DNA of 36,503 nt from Candidatus Woesearchaeota archaeon (GTDB taxonomy: Archaea; Nanobdellota; Nanobdellia; Woesearchaeales; DATGWN01): assembly GCA_047639395.1 (NCBI GenBank), contig JBLINR010000003.1, positions 1 through 36,503 on the forward strand. The letters are read 5' to 3'. Position 1 is the first letter of the stretch, and every line of letters starts with the position of its first letter. This document shows positions 1 to 12,000 of this stretch, piece after piece. The position numbers were made by a program, and so were the translations under genes. Under the pieces are notes generated by a model that did no database searches, had not been told where the DNA came from, and worked only from the letters and a program-made list of their open reading frames with translations.

Positions 1-2
1 TT

Positions 3-3000
3 ACTATTGCTGCAAATGGTGTGAGTTTGAACGGTGCAGGATATCAGATAACATATGCTACTGGAGGGACAGGTTATGGTTTAGATAACAGTGGCGGATA
101 TGATAATGTTGTAATACGAAATGTTTCAATTATTGAATCAGGCACAACGACTGCGAATAATTATGGGATTTATTTTTCAGGAGTCGACGATTCGATTATC
201 ACAAATAGCTCAGTTACAACAAAATCTCGAGGGCCGAGTGTTCTACTCTCATCATCATCGGATCGAAATAATATAACAAGTGTTTATGCCGGAAATGCTT
301 TTGAGAGATCTGCCCATTGTGTTAGTATTACTGGGGGTCAAAAAAATCGTATCAGCAAATTAAATTGTACGCAGGCGAATTCCTACTCAAAATATGGAGT
401 TTATATTACGGACTCTTATAATAATGTAACGCAATCTTCAATCAAGGCGTGTGCTGGATGTAGTGCGATAATAGTGCAAGGTTTTCCGATTTCTATAGTT
501 ATAGATGGAGTAAATTCTTCAGGAAGCGGGAATATGCTTTGGTTGTCTCAAGTAACGGACGTAGTTGTAAATAATTCGATATTTGGGACATCTGGGGGTA
601 ATAGTGCAGGTTTAGAATTAAACTCACTTCAAGACATACTTATACAAAATTCATACTTTTTTTCAACAAATAATTACGGAGCAATCTCTGTAGCAGGTAC
701 GAATGTTGAATTTAGGAATGTGACAGTTGATGGTGGTTCCGTATACGGCATATTGTCTCAGACGTCTATTAGTTCATCAAATGTGAGTTTTTACAATGTG
801 ACTGTGAAAAATGGGAGCCAATATGGGTTGTCCTTAGGTGCTTCTGCAAGTCATGAAAACTGGCATTTCTACAACACAACAATTCTCGGTACCACTGTTG
901 GTGCACGGATCCGTGCTCCTGTAGAGAACGTTAGTTTTGTTGGTGGGAGAATAAGTGGTTCAACAGCTATTCAAATTGATGGTCCAACTGGTGGTATCTT
1001 TGTTTCAAATGTTTCGATAGAAGGTCCGATTAGTTACGTATCGGGTAGTGCGACTTTATACGAGGAATATTTCTTGGATATTGAGATCAGAAACACAACA
1101 ACTGTACAACAAGATGCGAATGTAACAATCTACAATAGTAGCAGTGGGTTAGTTTACTCGGGTCAAACTGATTCGAATGGACGTATTGTTGTACAGAATT
1201 TAACTCACAGAATAATAAACGCTACTTCGACGTATTATTCATCACCGTACCGAGTAAATACTACTCATCTACAATGGTTACTTAGTGATAATATTTCTGT
1301 GAATATGAGCACAAATCAGTTTAAAACGCTAAATGTCTCAAACACACTTACTGACTGTAGAATACTAGATCGGACAGGTGGTGATTATGTACTAGCGAAT
1401 GATGTTTACTCACAAGGAACTTGTTTTACTATTCAAGCTGACGGCATAACATTAAACGGTGGTGGATACACAGTAAATTATTCCAGTACTGGATTAGGTG
1501 GAGCAGGTGTATTGTCTGATGGGTATAGTAATATTACTATCATGAATATGATCTTGACTGCTGGCAATGAATCATCGTTTACACAGAACGGTATGAATTT
1601 GTCAAATGGAGATAATCTAACTGTACAAAATGTAACGTTTACTATAAGTGGTGGATCTTATGGAATTCTACTAACAAACACTGACGATTCAGTCGTTACA
1701 AATGTAAGCATGTACGATAATACGGTAAATGAATCAATAACTGGGATTTATCTGTATACTTCTGTTCAACGTGTAAATATCACTAAATCTTACTTTAACA
1801 TATCGTCAACAGGAACTTCATACGGTATTTACTTTTATCAACCTGATTCCGTGCTAATTGAAAACAATACTATTATTGTTCATAATTCTTCATCTTCTGG
1901 TGTTTTAGGAACACAAAATCGCATAAATAATGTGATTCGATATAACAACATCAGTGCAATCACAGATTCTGGATTTGATGCTGTTGGACTACTTTTTTCA
2001 TCCGCAGATGGATACACAGCGTATGGGAATACATTTACGGGAGACCGAGCTATAACTACGAGTGATGCTGGGCTTTTAGCTGCAACTATTATTTATAATA
2101 ATACTATAACTACTAATTTAGGGATTTTGTTTAACGGTGTTTCTTCTTTCAATAGTTTGTATCATAGCAATAAGATAACTGTTCTTGACAATACTAGTCC
2201 ATTCATAACAGGAACTACAGGAGGTGGAGCTAATCACACATTTTACAATAACACCTTTTATGGAACAAGTATATGGGTATCGGATACAAGTTCAGAAGGT
2301 AATCACTATAACACTACGATCAATGGGCGACCATATGGAAACACATGGCCTAATATTACTTTGTATGAAGTAAGTGATAATAATTACAACGATGGTATTG
2401 GTGATGGTGGATACCACTGGCCAGTATCAAACGCAACGATGGGTGTATCAATGTGGGCAGGCCCTGGAGCAGATTATGGTCCGTTAACAACAACTGGTTT
2501 TAGTTGTGGGAATCTGACACAAGCAAATAAAATATATAATCTAACACAAAATCTCTCTGCCCCAACTGGATGTTTCAAATTCTTTGCAGATAACATTACC
2601 TTAGATGGAAAAGGGTACACAGTTAACTTTAGTATCTATCCTGACAACGCGTCAGTTGCTATATATACATATGGATACGATAATTTAGCAATAAAAAATA
2701 TTAATTTGTTTGGTGCGTACCCTGAAAGTATATACGGTGACAGTGGTATTGATATCATTTCTTCTTCAAATGTAACTGTCTCAAATGTAAGTATAAAGCT
2801 ATTCACGCGTGACTACCATGGTGTTTACGTTGCAAGTGGTGCTTCAGATATTTATATATATAATAACACTTTTTATATGTGGAATCCGGGTGACAATTAT
2901 CGTCCTAAAGCATTTAATTCTTATAATGCGTCTTCTGTTCATTTTTATAATAATTTTATTAATATCTCGGAAGGTAGAGAAGCTCAAGCCATTTATATGA

Positions 3001-6000
3001 GAGACATCAGTACTAGTTATTTTCACAACAACACTGTGCACATGGATGCATATAATGGTATAGCCTTATACGATGGATTAGGGGGTAATTCAAACTTGCT
3101 TATTGCAAATAACACAATTACTGCGTATTCTGGCGGAACTGCTATGGAATTCCTGAGAGCAACTAGTGTAAACATCACTATTCTTAACAACACCATCTAT
3201 TCTGAAAAAAATGGGGTCAGTCTGCTTGGGGCAAGTAATATAACAATCAAAGGTAATACTATAACGGCGCCAACAACAATAAACCTTGATTATGGAACTG
3301 TCTATTTTAATGCACCTGGAAATTCTACTTTTGTTGACAATATATTAAACGCATCAGTACTACACATTAACGTATCGGACTATCGTGTGCATAATATTAC
3401 GTTTTATGGAAATGAACTAGTTGGTGCAGGTATGTGGGTCAACAATAGCAACGGTACAAACAATTTTAATAAAACTGTAGATGGCGTTAATACTGGAAAT
3501 ATATATCCTAACGCTTCAAGTTATCAAGTATACGATCACGACTTAGTTGGCTATGCGACTGAAGGGAAAGATTATCCGTTCAACAATGCAACATTACAAG
3601 GATTATGGGAAGGTCCAGGAGCAGATTATGGACCTGCAACAACAAGACTTGGATGTGGAAATTACACTGCGGCAGGATTATACAATATCACTGAGAATTT
3701 AACTCACGACTACACTTGTATTAACGTAAAAGCAAATAAAGTGAACGTCCAATGTGGTGGGAATAAAATCACATTCGGACAAGCAAACAATATCTCGGCA
3801 GGTATTAGCAATAATGGATATGACGCTATGAATATTACGGGTTGTAGAATTGCAGCCTACAATATGTCAACGACGGTAAATGCTATTGTATCATTAAACA
3901 ACGAGCGTGTTATAATCTCAAATGTTACTTTAGAAATTGAACAGGATACTTCGGTAAGTACTCAAGTACTTCTGCTATCTAGTTCAAATAATACGCTTAT
4001 TAATAAAACGCGAATAGTCTTTTCAGGTGTATCAAGCAATGGGACAGGATACAATATTGAGGCGTCTAATGTAAATATAACCAATTCAAATGTTTCAACA
4101 CCTAACAACGCTCAGGGTTTACGGATTGCAGGTAATGATGTCATTATAAACAAAACGAACATCTCTATCTCCTCTATAGGATCCACACAAAGTGTATATG
4201 TTCAATCTGCCAACAACACAATCATTCAAAACTCAATTATAAGAGGTGGTGATTATTCTATTACACATCTTGGTTCTGACGATTTATTCATAGACACTAA
4301 TAACCTCACTGGTGCGATTCGAGGTGGAAATGGTGCAGGTGAATATACAAGAATAATAAATAACCGAATAAACACGGGAAGTCAAACATCAGTTGGATCT
4401 ATCTATTGGCAATACAATGATGGTGAACATGCACAAATCATAGGGAACACTATTATTGAAGATATTGCTGGTATGGGAGGTATCTCCTTACGATATTCAA
4501 ACGGGAATGTATTGTGGAACTTTACAATTGCAAATAACACGATAAATGGAAATCCAATTATATTTAATAAAAGTATTACTGGCGGCACAGTTATCAAGAA
4601 CCCGGTAGCAAAATACGGACAAGTTATCTGTTATAGTTGTAATAATACTATTTTACAAAATCTCACAATTACAAGTGGATTAGAAATTTATAGTTCTGAT
4701 AGAATACAAGTAAACAATATTTCAGTCAACGCGAGCGCGGATCACGCTGTTGAAGTTTACGGTGTTGAGAACAGTACATTCTACAACATTACTGCGAGAT
4801 TAGATGAAAATGGTGGAATTGAGTATGCATTATCTGTAGATTCCTCTTCAAGAAATAACTTTTCAAATATCTCTTTAATTGCATCAGGATATCAAGCATA
4901 TGGTCTTAGTACATTATTAGTTGATGATAGTAGTTTCACTAATGTGGATTCAACAGCTGATCTTAGTACTTCGGGACGTGCGTATAATCTAGCGTTCACA
5001 TATGACTCCAATTTCACAAATGCAGAACTTTCGGTATTAACTTTATCACACATAAATATTTTAATGAATAATGTGGGAAATCTTACTTTTGAAAACCTCA
5101 CACTTAATCTTTGGGCATTCAATGGAAGTGGTATTGATTTTAATTCAAATACAAAACAAGTTAACATCACAAATGTAACAATCGACACGACGGGAGCAGG
5201 AGGAACTGTTTTTGTACTTTCATCTTCAGCCGATTCGGGAAATATCACTATCAAAGACACAAATTTAGTACTTGGGGGCGCAAACGAAATCGCTCTGTCA
5301 TCACCTGGTCAAACATTTAGATTCGTAAACACAACAACAAACACATCTTTATTCAGCGCGACAACAACTGCAAATGTTGAAATATACTCTTACTTAGATG
5401 CAAACTTCTCAAACACAAGTAATCAAAATGTTTCAGGAATCACTCTTCAAATACTAAACCAAACGAATGAAACATACATAACATACACATTACCAAGTAA
5501 TAGCACTATGCGAAACAAATATGTATTACATCAAACGCTAAATGGGAGTCAAGTAGTAAACTACTCTGATTATAGAATCCAAGTCGATCAACCCTTATTT
5601 TACTTAGACGACTATGTGTCAGTCACAGATAACGTATACAGAGCATTCATAGTAAATAAGTCGATAGCGGACGTAGAATACGTATACGCAAACAAAACAG
5701 TCCCTAATTATAATTACTTAAACACATATGTCTTCACAGAAGATCTTAACTTTAGTGTATACAATGGAACAATTAAAGACATCAACATCACATTTGTAGA
5801 AACACAAGCAAATGATTTCTTGGCAAGTTATGATAGAGTGGATGGTTGTTCAGATAACATTTTAGCAGAAACGAATTGTTCGTTACAAGTAAACATTTCA
5901 TTAAACAGCGGATTGGGATTAAGTAGTTTGTTCGCATTCACTGTTAATTACACAAATCCGGATGGGACTAATTCATCTATTCTATTACCTTATAGCATTA

Positions 6001-9000
6001 ATATCTTAGAATTCGCAAATGCGAGCAGCAATATTACGAGCATTACGTACAATGCAGAACTAAGTGACCTAAACCGAACAGGAATCCGAGTATCAAACAC
6101 AGGATCAACAACTACGAACCTGTTAACAGTAAACACAACGCACGATTTCTTCATTATTAGAGATAATAATTTGTTAATAGATTCAACATATACCTCGTTA
6201 ACACCTGGTGGGTACTTTGACATGTTTGCTGACTTAAGAATAACTAATTACACTGCGGCAAATTATAGCGGGAACATTACTGTTTCAAGTTCAAAATTAA
6301 ATTTAACCATCCCATACACAGTAAATGTGACGCCTCAGTTAACAATTGCTGATAAAAGTGTATCTGTGCAACACAACACAACAAGTGCACTAACATTCCA
6401 ATACAATAATACGGGTAATGTTAAACAAGATACAATTGCTTGGTCATATGTTGCAGGTACATTAAACTCATCATTCGTCGAATACAAATCAAGCTTAACA
6501 TCTGAAATGAATTTTACACGAAGCAACAATGCAAGTGTGAATGTTTCAATTCCTACTCACTACACGTCTGGTACTTATTCGGGTACATTTGTACTTACGA
6601 CAGACAGTGGTTATACACGTAACATCTTACTGTCTGTAACTGTACCGACGAACCGAAGCTGGAAAACAACACCTGCTAGAGAAGGCATAGAGCATTCAAT
6701 TTCAGATTCTATCCTTACAGAAAATAGTTTACCTAATATTACTATAACAAATTATGGAAATGTTGATATTAATGTCACTGTGACTCCACTTTATACGGGA
6801 TATGGTGATGAGCCATTTACTCCTGTAAATAGATACACTGCAGTTTCTGGGCAGGCAACGCCGTTCATTGTTCAAATCACTAAGAATGATACGTATACGG
6901 TTGAACAAGAAATTAAGGCATTTGTAGTAAGTGAGACTAAGACTAATATGGGTCTTGGCTTTAATTTAACAATTGTAAATACAACAAACGCTCAAAATAC
7001 GTCTATAACATCAATATTCCTAATCAATGTAACGGACAGTCTTCCAGAAGTAACTGGTTGGAGATTAGGCGCATATGCAGCAACTAATGAAGAAGCAATT
7101 GAACTTAACAAAGCATATAACTTTAGTGCGAGTGCAAGTGATGACAGTAATAATCTTAATGTTACGGCTGCGTACTTTAGTATTACAAATTCAGTAAATA
7201 CAACAAATTATTCTTACGACGCTGAAAACAATTTGAGATATACATTCCAATTCACACCGACTGTTGGTGGTCAACATAATATTAGTTTATTTGTTAGTGA
7301 AAATGTTACTGTTGGTGGAAAAGTCGGCAATGGTTCAATTGTATTTAATGTATCCTCATCACCAACTTCTGTAATTATATCAGCAACAGCAGTTTCAACG
7401 AATCAAAGTAATCAAACAAATGATGCAAATGTAACAGTTCCATTTACAATGCGAGTTAATGGTGACGTACAAATATATGATGTGAACTTTAGTGTTGAGT
7501 CATTATTCTCACCTGCTTGGGATTCTGTTAATACAACAACATCTTATATCACAAATAATACAAATACTGATTTTAACATCATAATTACTGTTCCAAATGG
7601 GACAAGTACGGGAGACTATACATTACAAATATTAGCTGTGTACAGACTTCCAAACGGAACTGTTACTAATCAAACAGGAAATTTCACACTCACTGTTGAA
7701 AAGAATCACGCATTTAGATTTTCAACAAATCAATCAATCGCACAAACTGATGGTTCGCAAGGATTATACACTGTAACAATTACTCCGAGAGGAAATGCAC
7801 AAACAAACATGACACTTGAAGCAACAGGAAGTACTCATACAATTTCATTCTTTAGAGGAGGACCTGGTTATACTAATCCTTCAAGTGGGCATTCACTTGT
7901 GACTAGTTCAACAACTGCAGTTATTATGCGTATTACAACTACTTCTGGAAGTAATGCTACTGAAACATTTAATATAACTGCAACAAATTCATTTGGTGAA
8001 CAAATGGTGTTCCCAGTTACACTTTCAATTCCAAGTGATCTGTCAACAAGTATATCTACTACTAACTATACACAAAACGTAGTTGCAAGCACAGCTTACA
8101 CGAAAAATATTATTAACATTACGAATGATGGGAATTCGCAAATACTTGTGAATTTCACACTAAGCGGTGATGTTTCGAACTTTGCTGGTAGTGGTGGAAG
8201 TGGTATGACAATTGTAAGTTCTGCAAATATCACTCCTTCAAAAGTATATTCACTTAATGCAACATATACAATGCCTCCGGGAACATCAACATATGAGGGC
8301 AATTTAACAATTAATGTTACAGGTGGAGATAATTATACTGTTCCACTAACAGTCACGTCATATACAGTAACACTTTCAGCATTTAACTTTAGTAATTTTG
8401 GCGGAGTTGATGTTGGTGAAACAATTGCAGTTAATGCAAGCTTTGTTGTAGGTGGTATTTTCATTGGTGAAAATGTAACATTTGTACCGAAAGTCAATGG
8501 CATTGCGTGTGGAAGTGTTTCAACTTCAACCTTCCTTATTAGTACCGATACTAATTATTTGATCGCATGCACTGCGCCTAGTTTGACTGATGGTGCAAGT
8601 TACACATTTACTCTGGACGCTACATATACTGCTGATCATATAGGTATAATCTCAGTTAACAGCAGTGATACAGGAACAGTTGTCTACAACGATGTAACTG
8701 CGGGTGCTGTAAGTGATTTCGCGATAAATGATACGTTCTTTAATGTTCCTTCGTTTATGGAAACAAATATTACAGATAATATTGCAATAACAGATTCAAA
8801 CTCAAATAGTTATACAATCACATTAGAAACAACACATGTTGCAACATCTACACGAGTATCTCATGTCTTTGCTAGAGTATTAGGACAAGCAGGAACATTT
8901 AGAAAAACATCAACATTCACACAACTAGGAGATCATTCCTATATTTTGCGTGTTTTAGATCCGTCATCAAATAGAAATTCGAGTTATACTGGTTCATTCG

Positions 9001-12000
9001 TAGTCTATGAGTACAAAACATTTAATTCAACATTAAATTTCACGAATAGTAGTGCACAAATAACTGCTGTCGATTTGAATGTTACGTTATCATCAACTGC
9101 TCGGTCATATAACGTTACTATTACAAATGGAACACTAAATAGAACAGTAACTACTGGGTTGTACGAAATGCAATTACGCGGATACACTAGTAATATTACA
9201 TTTGATAATATCAATCTAGAGCGACTCCCAACATATGAAATGTTCGACTATGGGCAGCTTCGTTTAGATGACGCAGTTGTTATTGCACAAAGTCTCTTTA
9301 CTGGGATAGCACCAAACGAAGTGTTTAATGCAGTGTATACGCGACTTAATGATACTCCTGATTTTGAAATCTGGTACAATTACACATCTTATGCGGTAAC
9401 ACAAGAAAATAATTTACATGCCTATGCTTGTTATAATTATACTATTGATGGTGAAGCACTTGATGCATGTCAAGGCGGATGGTTCGGATTAGATAGATCA
9501 TACATTAGTACATCAAAAAATATTATTATTCTTGACTCTCCTAAAGCCATCACTGCGAATGAAACAGTAGCAATCATTTTTCTTCAATTTAACATTGTGG
9601 GTGACCCGCGAGTAACATTTAGTCAAAATAGTATCACTGACTCGCTTAATCATAGTGAGACAATTCAAGTTCCTCTCACAATATCGTCAGCAACTGTATT
9701 AGGTCAAGGTGGAACATTAACAGATATCTCTGTAGGATGTTATACTGGTGGAAGTGACGCGAGTTTCTGTAGCACATTTACAATATCTAACCACACAATC
9801 TCTTCAATTGTTGCAGGTACTTCGGAACAAGTTACTATTAACTTGACTGCGCCATCAGGAACTACTCCTGGAACATATTCAGGGACAATACGATATGCAA
9901 GTAATGCGGCTGATCAAACACCGCTAGCAAGAGATATAGCTGTATCTTTAACAGTCATAAGTGACTCTACTATTACCTTTAACAATACTGCTGACTACAC
10001 AACAACAACTGGAGCACGATCAGAAGTAGTTATTGATACAATTAACTTTACTAATAATGGAAATGCACTTGTAACTCCGACATTTACATTTAGTGGTGTG
10101 TTACTAAGCAATAGCTCTGTGAATGTAACATCTTCATCAAATCAATCATATGATGTACAACTTTTAGCACCAACACAAAATGGTATTTATGTGTATCAGC
10201 TTAATGTGTCTGAAATTAATAAGTCATTCAACTATACACTTACAGTTAATCAAAGATTAACCCTTGTTAATATTACAACGAACACAAATGTGGCTGCTGG
10301 TGATACATTAACAACGTACTTTAGAGTATATGATAGAATTAGTGACAGTGACATAGAAAACACAAGCTCATCTGTGTACTTTGATAATTATACTGTGACA
10401 ATCGATAATATTACTTGTGTGTCTAGTATTGGGAGTGTTACAATTTCAAGCAGCGATCCTGATAGTTTCACGTGTACTGCTCCAAATATGACTCGGGACT
10501 TGGATACTTACAATTTTGAACTCATTATATTCCGAAGTAATATCGAAACTCGTGATAATTATACTGTTACGTACGGAGATGTGCTTGCGCCAACAGTGAG
10601 TGGGGTTACAAGCACAATTGAATATCAAAATGTATCTAATATTACATTTACACTTGCTGATAGAAACTCGCTTGCAACTAACATTACAGTATCGGTAATT
10701 AATTCGACGGGAACTGTGGTGAATTCAACTCTTGGTTTTGTTTCTGATAATAGTACCAATTCAATAATTGGTGGTTTGTATAATACTTCGTCATCATCAT
10801 TTGTATTTAGATATAATTTTAGTGTAGGTGATGATTATACGGTTACTATCACATTCTGTGATGATGGTGCAAATTGTGCTAATTTAACTACAATTGTGAG
10901 TCATTTTCGGCTTACATCCTTCCAATCAAATTATGGTACTCCGAGTCGAGGTCTTGGTAGTTCAATTATAAGCAGTCAAGTACGAACAACGAGTTCAACA
11001 AGCGGTCAGGGTGGCGTAGTATTATCAACACCACGACAAACAAATATCTTCCTTAAGAAACCCGGTACATCACGAGTACTTTTCCAAGGAACAACTGGTA
11101 CATCAGATAGTAAGTTTAATTTCACACGAATTCAAGAGAGAAAATATGATGTGCAAATAGTTAACAGTGAGTTCACATTAAACTTAACTAATGTTACGTA
11201 TAACGGATCTGAAATTATAGCCTTTGAGAAATTGAACGTAGATTCAATTACAAATGCACGACTTGGATTTGGATTTGAATCAACAATTAATTACACAGGT
11301 AGTTTACAATATGCTGTTGCAAAAAGTGGTGTACGAAGCACTGCCTATTTTGTTGTATGTACAAGTTTAGACTATACTGCTCCTGATTCTTGTGATGGAA
11401 CACAAACCAGTGAGACTCCGATAAGACGAACAAGTAATGCGACACATTACCTATTCACATTAAACATTACACACTTTAGTAGTTATACATTAATTGTACC
11501 AACAGCAACTACAACTCCGACTACAAGTAGTGGATCAAGTGGGTCCTCTTCAGGTGGTGGTGGCGGTGCTTCACTCGGTTCCATTTCGGAATTACTTGAT
11601 GAGAAAGTTGGAAATTTAAGTAGTGTAGGCTTAGGGATTGATGAAATTAGTGTTGATACAACAAACATTGATCAAACACTTTTCCCCTCAGAAACTGCAG
11701 TTGTCTTCATTGACTTAGCGAATACAGGAAATGCATCAAGACAAATAAATGTGACATTAACACCAGAACTTCCTGAACTTATTACGCTTACACCTACACA
11801 AACTGAAATTAAACGCGGTTCTTCAACTGCATTACGTGTTGATATAGCTATACCTGAAGATGCTATTCCTCAAACATATGATGGATTTATTCAAGTAAAA
11901 TATAGTGGTGGGAAATTATTAACTATTCCTGTTAAAATAAGAGTTGTTAGTAAACCAGGTAAACTTTCAACAATTGATACACGAATGCTTACACCTCGTT

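Noticed and set aside
21-23. GTG at 21 as the start of the giant gene
   Set aside because: The frame is open to the window edge, the upstream codons match an internal repeat, and no signal peptide follows.
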